Shown: positions 1-7,293 of the stretch, piece by piece | Numbering within the stretch: the first letter of the stretch is position 1 | Layout: each line of letters begins with the position of its first letter | Assembly: GCF_003992115.1 (NCBI RefSeq) | Contig: NZ_RQUX01000008.1 | Span: forward strand, 27,516-51,515 | Direction of reading: 5' to 3' | DNA length: 24,000 nt | From: Veillonella ratti | GTDB taxonomy: Bacteria; Bacillota; Negativicutes; Veillonellales; Veillonellaceae | Notes under the pieces: model-generated | Told to the model about the DNA's origin: nothing | Seen by the model: only the letters and a program-made list of their open reading frames with translations | The model's database searches: none | Made by a program: the position numbers and the translations under genes

Positions 1-338
1 GGACCATAACTTTTAAGCGGAAAACGGCCAAGCCATAAGTTTTCCATAACAGTCTGTTGTAATACGGGATAGAGTTCTTGGTGGATCATCGAGATACCAA
101 GACCCAGTGCGGTGCGCGAATCAGAAATTTCTACCTGTTCGCCGTCTAAAATTATTTGTCCTTCGTCTTGTTTGTAGATGCCGAATAAACATTTCATCAA
201 GGTCGATTTCCCAGCTCCATTTTCGCCCATAAGCGCGTGTACCGAACCTGGACGGAGCCGCAGAGATACATCATTCAATGCTTTTACGCCGGGAAATGAC
301 TTTGTTATATGTTGCATCTCTAAAATATATTCACTCAT
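1..338 (-). CDS. mglA: galactose/methyl-galactoside ABC transporter ATP-binding subunit, N-terminal 112 codons only (gene continues past left edge)
   Basis: Missed by the ORF track because there is no stop inside the window. Reverse-strand ATG at 338 is preceded by AGGAGGG (rc of 344-350, 5-nt spacer). Translation: [112 protein letters not shown]. It has Walker [10 protein letters not shown] and is near-collinear with the E. coli MglA N-terminus as I recall it. It lies directly downstream of an mglB-like gene. The + ORF 178..363 is its antisense shadow. Confidence 0.85.
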   Translation of the reverse strand, partial: MSEYILEMQHITKSFPGVKALNDVSLRLRPGSVHALMGENGAGKSTLMKCLFGIYKQDEGQIILDGEQVEISDSRTALGLGISMIHQELYPVLQQTVMENLWLGRFPLKSYG

Positions 339-366
339 GCTTGCCCTCCTACCGGTTCAGTAAGTG

Positions 367-391
367 AGGGAGGCCTGCAACAAGCCTCCCT
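367..391 (-). other. intercistronic stem-loop between mglB and mglA
   Basis: AGGGAGGC (367-374) is the perfect reverse complement of GCCTCCCT (384-391), separated by a 9-nt loop. No U-run follows on the minus strand, so it is not a classical terminator. It sits 15 nt after the mglB stop and upstream of the mglA RBS. Confidence 0.5.
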
Positions 392-405
392 ACCTACTGC
401 AATGA

Positions 406-1443
406 CTACTTATCACCTAAGATTTGATCTGCATTTTCTTTCGTTACGATTTCGTAAGGAACCCAAATATATTGTTTGTCAACAATTTCAAAGCCTGTAT
501 TTTCTTTAGTTGGAGTTTCGCCTTTAGCCAATACGAACATCAAGTTGAATACGGCATCCCCTTGTTTTTTCGCATTGTTAAGAACGGTACCCAATAATGT
601 GCCGTCTTTAAGAGCCTGTACAGCCGGAGCCGTAGCATCCACACCTACAACCGGCATGTATTTGCCGTTCTGGAAGTAGCCGGCAGCTTTCAATGCTTCG
701 ATAGCGCCTAAAGCCATGTCATCATTGTTAGCGATAACGGCATCAATCTTGTCGCCGTAGCTGGACAAGAAGGCAGCCATTTTTTCCTGACCTTTAACGC
801 GGTCCCACATAGCTGTATCTTGTGCAATTTCTTGTACCTGAATGCCTTCATTTTTGAGGGATTCAATTACATATTTGGAGCGAAGTTCTGCATCCTGATG
901 GCCCGGTTCGCCTTTGATAAGTACATAGTGCAATACATTATCATTGCTCTTATAAGCTTCCGGATGTTTCTTGAAGTAATCCGCTAAGATTTTGCCCTGC
1001 ATTTCGCCGCTTTGTTCAGCTTTAGCACCTACATAGTACACTTTATCCCATTTAGCCATGTCTTCTTTTAAAGGTTCACGGTTAAGGAATACAACCGGTA
1101 CGTTAGCCGCTTTAGCTTTGTCGATGATACCGCCGGCTGCCGGACGGTCAACAATGTTAACACCGATAGCTTTGTATTTCTTGTTAAGGAACAAGTCAAC
1201 TTTTTCATTCTGCGTAGGCTGCGAGTTCTGGCTGTCTACGATATCTACTTTAGCTTTGCCTTTAGCGTCTGCATCGATACGAGCACGTACGCCGCTCATA
1301 AAGGTATCGTCAAATTTGTAAATAGCCACACCTACTTGTGGTAAATCACCACTGCCGGATGTAGAATCACTGCCACAACCTGCCATTACTAAGGTACCTA
1401 CTGCGAAGGTAGCCAACATTGCTGCTTTCCATGCCTTTTTCAC
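406..1443 (-). CDS. mglB: galactose/glucose-binding periplasmic-type solute-binding lipoprotein of an ABC sugar transporter
   Basis: 345-aa ORF with a GTG start at 1443 and GGAGGA 7 nt upstream (rc of 1451-1456). Signal peptide with lipobox (LVMAGC|GSDS). The body has the type-I periplasmic sugar-binding look (VGVAIYKFDDTFM..., VVFLNREP, NNDDMALGAIEALKAAG). An mglA homolog follows. Confidence 0.85.
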   Translation of the reverse strand: MKKAWKAAMLATFAVGTLVMAGCGSDSTSGSGDLPQVGVAIYKFDDTFMSGVRARIDADAKGKAKVDIVDSQNSQPTQNEKVDLFLNKKYKAIGVNIVDRPAAGGIIDKAKAANVPVVFLNREPLKEDMAKWDKVYYVGAKAEQSGEMQGKILADYFKKHPEAYKSNDNVLHYVLIKGEPGHQDAELRSKYVIESLKNEGIQVQEIAQDTAMWDRVKGQEKMAAFLSSYGDKIDAVIANNDDMALGAIEALKAAGYFQNGKYMPVVGVDATAPAVQALKDGTLLGTVLNNAKKQGDAVFNLMFVLAKGETPTKENTGFEIVDKQYIWVPYEIVTKENADQILGDK

Positions 1444-1518
1444 GAGAAATTCCTCCTTTGAGACGAAAATGTAGACTCTATAATTCGCTTTCTTCCAGCG
1501 TATCTACCAACCATTCGT

Positions 1519-2700
1519 TTAACGACCGCTAAGCCATACTTCACCGGCTCTGCGGCTGCTCACAATATCCACCATGCCCAGCAATGTGTAATAACTGCCA
1601 TTGCCGGAGTAAACCAAGTCGACGGATTGTGCCCGATGTAAATTTTGTTCCAATACGGTACGTAAAATCGGATCCATTGTCCCCACCGCATTGCCCATAG
1701 CGCTACTTACCACAATACGCTGCGGGTTAATCATGTTATATAAATTAGCTAAGGTAATGCCCAAGTATTTGCCTACGCGATTTAAGGCTTCCAAACAAAT
1801 TTCATCGCCTTCCACGGCGGCCTCATAAATAGGCTCTACCCGGAATGCATCGGATAAAATCGCTATATTGTCGGTCACTTTAGACAAGCGACCTTTTTTA
1901 ATCTCCGTCAACACATATTCGCGAATGGCTGTTTCCGATGCCACTTCTTCTAAGCGTGTGAAGGAATTTTCTTTAGTATCATCAATATCGATTACGGAGT
2001 AACCGATCTCACCGGCATAATCGTTATAGCCACGATAGAGCGAGCCGTGATAAATCAAAGAGGCACCGAGACCGTAGCTGAATTTCAATACCAAGAGGTT
2101 TTCAATCCCCTTGCCGCTGCCATAATAATATTCGCCGGTAGCGAGGCAACGCACGTCATTTTCCACATAAGCCGGTAATTGGAACCGTTCTTCCAAAATG
2201 TACTTGAACGGAATATTAGACCATTTACCGTTTGGTGAAAAAATGGAAATTCCTTTTTGCGAATCCACGGGACCGCGCAAGATGAGACCGATAGCGGCAA
2301 TCGTCCAACGCATATCCTCAATGATATCTTCGATACAATGATAAATCGTATTTAATATTTCTTCTGATGAAAGGCCGATAATCGACTGTTGCATCTGATG
2401 TAAAATAATACCGCCCGATTGCACCACATAGCAGAACACATTATGCGTCCGCACATGAACCATCAGCATCATTTCTTTTTGCTCATTAAATTTCAAGAGC
2501 ATCGACGGTCGCCCCAATGCACTGCGCTCCTGTCGATCTTCGTAAATAAGACCTTTCTCAGCCAACGTATTGCAAATATTGGTTACCGTCGGTGGTGTAA
2601 TGCCCGTATTGCGAGCAATAATTGCTTTTGAAACAGAGCCGTTACGACGTATGTAATTTAAAATTATTTCGTCATTGTTGAGTGCCTGTTTAGTTTGCAT
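1519..2700 (-). CDS. ROK-family transcriptional regulator (NagC/XylR/Mlc-like), atypical: no zinc-binding Cys motif
   Basis: 393 aa. N-terminal winged HTH (IILNYIRRNGSVSKAIIARNTGITPPTVTNICNTLAEKGLI). ROK sugar-kinase-like body (GLILRGPVD, ENDVRCLATGEYYYG, GLGASLIYHG, YAGEIG). RBS GAAGGGGA. Embedded between galK and mglB. Confidence 0.8.
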   Translation of the reverse strand: MQTKQALNNDEIILNYIRRNGSVSKAIIARNTGITPPTVTNICNTLAEKGLIYEDRQERSALGRPSMLLKFNEQKEMMLMVHVRTHNVFCYVVQSGGIILHQMQQSIIGLSSEEILNTIYHCIEDIIEDMRWTIAAIGLILRGPVDSQKGISIFSPNGKWSNIPFKYILEERFQLPAYVENDVRCLATGEYYYGSGKGIENLLVLKFSYGLGASLIYHGSLYRGYNDYAGEIGYSVIDIDDTKENSFTRLEEVASETAIREYVLTEIKKGRLSKVTDNIAILSDAFRVEPIYEAAVEGDEICLEALNRVGKYLGITLANLYNMINPQRIVVSSAMGNAVGTMDPILRTVLEQNLHRAQSVDLVYSGNGSYYTLLGMVDIVSSRRAGEVWLSGR

Positions 2701-2720
2701 CTTGTCCCCTTCCCGAAAGC

Positions 2721-3875
2721 CTATAAATTATATACGCCATCGCCTATCTCAGCATCATATAAGGTCGGTACAGTGCCAATAGCCTCCTCGTAAAGTTTCG
2801 GAACCGCTTCTTTAAAAGCTGCTACCTTATCGCTGGCTACCAAAGCAATCGCACAGCCCCCAAAACCGGCGCCGGTCATACGCGATGCCAAACAGCCCGG
2901 CTGCTTACGCGCAATCTCTACCATCGTATCGAGTTCCAAACCGCTTACTTCATAGTCATAACGTAGGGATTCATGAGAGGCCGTAATGATTTCGGCAATC
3001 TTCGACGTATTGCCTTCACGAAGGGCATCCATGAATGCCATAACGCGTAAGTTTTCAGTAATGGCATGACGAGCGCGGCGACGAAGCACATCATCCTCGA
3101 TGAGCTCCAAATCCTCTAACGTACCGAGCGACAATCCGGATAAAGGATGATGCTTTTGGATTTCAGCCAAAGCCGCATCACATTCACCCTTGCGCTCGTT
3201 AAATTTGGAATCAACGAGCCCGCGTTTCTTATTGGTATTCATAATAATGAGGTGGTAATCACCCCAATTAAGCGGCACATGTTCAAACTCCATAGCCGTG
3301 CAGTCGAGGAGCACGCCGTGCCCTTCCTTGCCGTGGCTGATGGCGAATTGGTCCATGATACCAACTTTAACGCCTACAAAATTGTATTCAACCTGCTGTG
3401 CCATTTCTGCCAACTTCGTGCGGTCAATCGGCGTCTTGCCGAGATGTGTCCACAACATGTAACCCGTTAAATCGAGAATACAAGCAGAGGATGAAAGACC
3501 GGCACCGGCCGGTAAATTACCACTGTAGAATAAATCCATACCCGGTAAGGTGTAACCATCTTTTTTCAAATATTCAATGATGCCAAGCGGATAGTTGGCC
3601 CAATCATGAGCTTCATCGTAAACGAAATCATCATTAATATCTACCACAATCGTGGCTTCCATATTTTCAGAATAAAGACGAACTTTAGAATCGTCCCGCA
3701 AGCGCATAGCACCCCAAATCCCGCAAGTCAGAGCGGCCGGAAACACATGACCGCCATTGTAATCCTGATGTTCACCAATGATGTTCACACGCCCCGGGGC
3801 AAAATAGCAATCAATGGGTTCTCCGGTATCGCCGAATTGCTCAATAAATTTAGCTATCAGTTCCTCTTTAGTCAT
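2721..3875 (-). CDS. galK: galactokinase
   Basis: 384 aa. Galactokinase signature GRVNIIGEHQDYNGG near the N-terminus. GHMP-kinase ATP motif PAGAGLSSSA. C-terminal TGAGFGGC. The start overlaps the galT stop by 8 nt (ATGACTAA). Confidence 0.95.
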   Translation of the reverse strand: MTKEELIAKFIEQFGDTGEPIDCYFAPGRVNIIGEHQDYNGGHVFPAALTCGIWGAMRLRDDSKVRLYSENMEATIVVDINDDFVYDEAHDWANYPLGIIEYLKKDGYTLPGMDLFYSGNLPAGAGLSSSACILDLTGYMLWTHLGKTPIDRTKLAEMAQQVEYNFVGVKVGIMDQFAISHGKEGHGVLLDCTAMEFEHVPLNWGDYHLIIMNTNKKRGLVDSKFNERKGECDAALAEIQKHHPLSGLSLGTLEDLELIEDDVLRRRARHAITENLRVMAFMDALREGNTSKIAEIITASHESLRYDYEVSGLELDTMVEIARKQPGCLASRMTGAGFGGCAIALVASDKVAAFKEAVPKLYEEAIGTVPTLYDAEIGDGVYNL

Positions 3876-4863
3876 TACTTTCTTCCCTTTCTATAATCTT
3901 CGTCACCAGCTTACGCAAAACCGGTGCCGTTTCTTCAACTGCGCTCGTATTGGCTGCGGCCCAAGCGCCCATTTCCGAGGAAGCATAGTATTTAATCTTA
4001 TTAGCTTCTCTAAATGGCGGATAAAATTCAATGTGGAAATGATAATAATCGTTAGCATCATCATATTCCGGCGAGTTAACCGGCCGTTGATGGTAAACCA
4101 TCATATACGGGAACGGTGCATTAAATAATTCGTCGAATGCGTGAGTAACCACTTTTAACATGCGCGCCAAATCTTCTTTTTCTTTGGCCGTACATTCGGA
4201 AAGCATGCTGAAATGACGTTTCGGTACAACGAATACACCGTACGGATAATCCGTAAAGAACGGAATATACGCTAAGAAACTGTCGTTTTCGGCTACAATG
4301 CGCGAATCCGATTTTTGTTCCGCTTGGTTCATCTGACAGAGCAAGCAACGCTGTGTTTCTTCATAATGTTCCTTACAGTTCTTAAGTTCCGTTTCAATCT
4401 TCTGCGGCACGAACGGATACCCGTAAATCTGTCCGTGAGGATGCGGCATCGTTACGCCTACGGCTTCCCCTTTGTTTTCAAACGGATAGACATACTTAAT
4501 CTTCTTATCCGCCGCAAGGGCCGTACAACGATCCGAAATTAATTCCAACAGGTCGATAATATGGCCTACGGACAATTCATAGAATTTAACCGAATGACGC
4601 GGTGAGTACAAGATAACTTCGCACTTACCATGATTTTCTGCGCTCTTGTAAAAACCTGTTTCATCCACAAACGGTGCTTCCGGATGTTGGGTTAGAGCCG
4701 GAAAATCATTATCATAGGCATACACGGTAAATTCGGATGGTACCTTTTTCCCTTCTCCCGGGCAAAACGGGCACCAATCTTTTGGCATAGTGGGACGTAA
4801 TTTACGGTTTGACGCTACCATCGTCCATGTGCCGAGCAATGGATTCCATCTTAATTCTGACAT
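3868..4863 (-). CDS. galT: galactose-1-phosphate uridylyltransferase (class I, HIT-like)
   Basis: 331 aa. Zinc motif CPFCPG near the N-terminus. Active-site HPHGQ. RBS GAGGAGCGGAG upstream of the ATG at 4863. First gene of the galT-galK-rok-mglBA string. Confidence 0.95.
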   Translation of the reverse strand: MSELRWNPLLGTWTMVASNRKLRPTMPKDWCPFCPGEGKKVPSEFTVYAYDNDFPALTQHPEAPFVDETGFYKSAENHGKCEVILYSPRHSVKFYELSVGHIIDLLELISDRCTALAADKKIKYVYPFENKGEAVGVTMPHPHGQIYGYPFVPQKIETELKNCKEHYEETQRCLLCQMNQAEQKSDSRIVAENDSFLAYIPFFTDYPYGVFVVPKRHFSMLSECTAKEKEDLARMLKVVTHAFDELFNAPFPYMMVYHQRPVNSPEYDDANDYYHFHIEFYPPFREANKIKYYASSEMGAWAAANTSAVEETAPVLRKLVTKIIEREESND

Positions 4864-4897
4864 AATCTCCGCTCCTCACATTTAATAAACTACTTAA

Positions 4898-4922
4898 GAA
4901 AATATATTACAAATATATTTTC
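4898..4922. promoter_or_regulatory. perfect 11-3-11 palindrome GAAAATATATT-ACA-AATATATTTTC upstream of galT (candidate operator)
   Basis: Read directly: 4898-4908 is the exact reverse complement of 4912-4922. It lies 35-60 nt upstream of the galT ATG. It overlaps a weak candidate promoter on the minus strand: TTGAAA (rc of 4940-4945), 17 nt, GAAAAT (rc of 4917-4922). A second perfect palindrome, GTAAAATTTTAC, lies at 4946-4957. Confidence 0.4.
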
Positions 4923-4996
4923 GCTCATGTTTGACTTTTTTTCAAGTAAAATTTTACAAAAGCGCATACCTATTTGACATACATTTTACTAAACTC

Positions 4997-5044
4997 AAAA
5001 AGAGGTCATAAAACCGCATTATACCTGCAGTTTTACAACCTCTT
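4997..5044 (-). terminator. Rho-independent terminator (two-tier hairpin) downstream of the 296-aa orphan gene
   Basis: Minus-strand RNA has an outer stem AAGAGGU/ACCUCUU (5038-5044 with 5000-5006). The inner stem is AAAACUGCA/UGCGGUUUU (5026-5034 with 5010-5018, one G-U pair). CUUUUU follows the hairpin. Confidence 0.6.
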
Positions 5045-5180
5045 CCGTCTGGTTTTTATAATTTTTTATTCAAATTTTAAGTAAATTAGTTAATTTCTTA
5101 ATTAAGTATTACCTTAAAACATATATTAAACAATTAAGCAAAGTGCTCATTTAATCCGAGTCAATTACTCATCTAATTGC

Positions 5181-6071
5181 TTATTTCTTACCGACAGCCT
5201 CCATAAGGGCCTTAATATCCGTGCCTTCGGCTACCATACGCCACGTTTCGAGCTCATCACTGTCAACGAGCAAGTACAAGTACGCCCACACGATGCGGTT
5301 ATAGCGTCTGAAATCAGTGACCACTTTGACCACCTTCGACACAATGCCCACATCTTTAGCCACATCTTCAATCGTCTTCAAAAGCTCTACGGTATGACCG
5401 TTGGCAATCGCTTTCACGCAAGACGTAATCACTTGACCCAAACGGTCATGCAAGGCCCCTTCTACATCGGCAACGCCGCGGGCTTCAAAAATCTTACGCA
5501 ATTTGGAGCGAACCAACATGGCTTCTTCCGAACCGATATGCATGAAGACAATACTCATCCCCTGATCATCCAAACGTTCACCGAAGAGACGATTCATACC
5601 CGCTTCGCTTATGAGGAATGTGCCATCACTGTTGCGGCATTCTCTTTCGTTAAAACGATTGAGGCCACCCCCTTGGCACGCTTTAATAACAGCAGTCAAA
5701 CCGACTTCCCAAATTTTGGCCGCTTCACTGTCGGTAAATACTTGCTCTACCACCGACTTAGGGGTTTTCACAACCGGCTTTTTATTGGCCAACGCCGCTA
5801 ACGTAGCAATACTATGCTCTTCAAAATAAGGCTTTTCAAATTCATAACGCGCTTGCGCTACCATCTGTAACAATACATCATCCGGCTTTTCAGCATAACG
5901 GCCATCGAATGCATCCTTGCCGTACCAATTAACTACTACGTCGTCAATCACAACTAGTTGCAGTGTATCATGCACAGACAATGTGCCTTTTTCAAGCGCT
6001 TTGCTCACTTGAGCCGCCAATGCCAAATACCCTTTCCTCATAGCTTCTGAATCACAACGAAATTCTCGCAT
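5181..6071 (-). CDS. hypothetical protein with a central helix-turn-helix-like segment (orphan)
   Basis: ORF 5181..6080. I prefer the ATG at 6071 (MREFRCDSEA...) because GGAAGG (rc of 6081-6086) is 9 nt from it but abuts the 6080 ATG. The central segment FTDSEAAKIWEVGLTAVIKACQGGGLNRFNERECRNSDGTFLISEAGMNRLFG matches a small-HTH pattern common in Firmicutes (xxEAAxxWGxxxxTxxxAxxxGRF...SGGTWLIxxxAMxRxYG). I do not recognise the N- and C-terminal thirds. Confidence 0.6.
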   Translation of the reverse strand: MREFRCDSEAMRKGYLALAAQVSKALEKGTLSVHDTLQLVVIDDVVVNWYGKDAFDGRYAEKPDDVLLQMVAQARYEFEKPYFEEHSIATLAALANKKPVVKTPKSVVEQVFTDSEAAKIWEVGLTAVIKACQGGGLNRFNERECRNSDGTFLISEAGMNRLFGERLDDQGMSIVFMHIGSEEAMLVRSKLRKIFEARGVADVEGALHDRLGQVITSCVKAIANGHTVELLKTIEDVAKDVGIVSKVVKVVTDFRRYNRIVWAYLYLLVDSDELETWRMVAEGTDIKALMEAVGKK

Positions 6072-6393
6072 AATACACATCCTTCCTGCCGAACAGTGTT
6101 AATGTCCGTCGTTTCTTTTCGCTTACTATTCTTCACACTAAATTCATCTTAATTGTTTCTATTTTAATCAAAAATTTAGATAATCTACTACATCTTATAA
6201 TAACAGTAAAAAACATTATGCGCTAGTGTTAATATCAAATAAATCATAGGTATTATGCGTTTAGTGAATCTCGCCGTAACATGAGCATTCCCTGTGGGTA
6301 TTTCGTGGTGCTTTGTCCACTCAGAATATTCAACTTTATAGGTTCTTAACCTTTTTCATCTTTAAGCAATGTATTGCCCCTTCATTAGTTATA

Positions 6394-7023
6394 TCAATTT
6401 TCTTGCTCAATTTTCGCCTTCAAATCAGTCTTTATTTCCTCGCGAACGCGCATCAGTATTTTACCCAAATTATTCTCCCCTTCGCCATCGACCATGCCCC
6501 AGAAGGTATCGCCCCAATCATTACCTTCTATCAGCATTCTATCTCGCGTTGCCAACAGTTTAGCCTGCAATTTTTCATTTTGTAAAAACTTAGCTTTAAC
6601 TATGTCATACATGACCCGCAACTTAACGTTCTCCCAATCAGCACGGATGGGCTTCATATTGCGCCCTATACGCCTTGCAAAGTCAGGCCGCTTCACTCTT
6701 ACCATTTTCATACGCTGCAAGTCCGTAGCCGCTTTAGCACCTTGATACGCCGCCTCCGCCGAATAATAGGTGTCGCCCATATAAAATACCTTATAAGTAC
6801 TAAAATTCGAAAGAAAGCTATAGGTCCCTCTAAAACGATCAATCACCGGTGGTATCTCATCGTCGCGAAGTTTCAAAATATCCTTGCGCGAGTATGTGGG
6901 CTTACTAGCATTCTTTTCAGCTTTAGCCACTGTGTCCTTCGCACTTGTCTGTTTACCCCGCTGCTTTTTTGTTTCTACTTCTTTGTTCGGCATCTGTCTT
7001 TTGTGCGTTTCAGTCATCATCAT
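6394..7023 (-). CDS. NADAR (YbiA/DUF1768) family protein with about 55-aa Lys/Thr/Glu-rich N-terminal extension
   Basis: Residues about 60-209 carry family hallmarks: FRGTYSFLSNF, YYSAEAAYQGAKA, RADWENVKLRVMYDIVKAKF, LIEGNDWGDTFWG, GENNLGKILMRVR. Three tandem ATGs lie at 7023/7020/7017 after GGAGG (rc of 7026-7030). The second or third gives better spacing, so the true start may be 3-6 nt inside. Confidence 0.8.
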   Translation of the reverse strand: MMMTETHKRQMPNKEVETKKQRGKQTSAKDTVAKAEKNASKPTYSRKDILKLRDDEIPPVIDRFRGTYSFLSNFSTYKVFYMGDTYYSAEAAYQGAKAATDLQRMKMVRVKRPDFARRIGRNMKPIRADWENVKLRVMYDIVKAKFLQNEKLQAKLLATRDRMLIEGNDWGDTFWGMVDGEGENNLGKILMRVREEIKTDLKAKIEQEN

Positions 7024-7156
7024 TACCTCCCCTTCGCCTAGTTATGTTTTAACCGTAAAAACAGCCCTCTAAACAAATGTCTAAAAAGCTATTATTATCG
7101 TATTAAACTTATGCTACTTTGCCTATAAATGAGTAGTTCAAATGACTAAACGCAAA

Positions 7157-7184
7157 ATTATAGTTGTCTCAATAAATACGTGAA
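7157..7184 (-). promoter_or_regulatory. candidate sigma-70-type promoter for the NADAR gene
   Basis: On the minus strand: TTCACG (rc of 7179-7184), 16-nt spacer, TATAAT (rc of 7157-7162). This predicts a leader of about 125 nt. The motif TTTGTCCACACA (7188-7199) lies 3 nt upstream of the -35. Confidence 0.45.
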
Positions 7185-7263
7185 AACTTTGTCCACACAA
7201 ATCAAATCTCGAACTTTCGATAGTTGAATTACTAAAAATTTCGATTTTTTTTAGTCCACTCCC

Positions 7264-7293
7264 TTGAACTCTTTGTTTTTATTGTGCTATAAT
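7264..7293 (+). promoter_or_regulatory. strong promoter with extended -10 for the secreted-protein gene
   Basis: TTGAAC (7264-7269), 18-nt spacer, then TGcTATAAT (7285-7293; the -10 hexamer is 7288-7293). Confidence 0.6.

Noticed and set aside
178-363. 61-aa + strand ORF from the track
   Set aside because: It is the antisense shadow of the clearly recognisable mglA N-terminus (Walker A, RBS) on the minus strand. It has no RBS and a low-complexity translation.
5394-5829. Track ORFs antisense to or nested inside longer genes. Examples: 476-679, 1058-1321, 2085-2321, 2419-2631, 3147-3470, 3398-3580, 3606-4128, 4121-4542, 5394-5829, 6313-7072, 8322-8561, 8611-8913, 9062-9398, 10089-10913, 11338-11886, 12392-12667, 13108-14645, 14717-15261, 16954-17614, 18118-19116, 19807-20224, 21114-21538, 21857-22621, 22827-23342.
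   Set aside because: Each lies wholly or almost wholly (some ends spill a few tens of nt into intergenic DNA) within a longer ORF on another frame or strand that has clear family motifs and an RBS. Their translations are low-complexity or Cys/Arg/His-rich, as expected for out-of-frame reading. None has a convincing RBS.
6072-6080. MCIM... start (ATG 6080) for the orphan gene
   Set aside because: The GGAAGG RBS abuts this ATG with a spacer of 0-1 nt. The ATG at 6071 has a 9-nt spacer.
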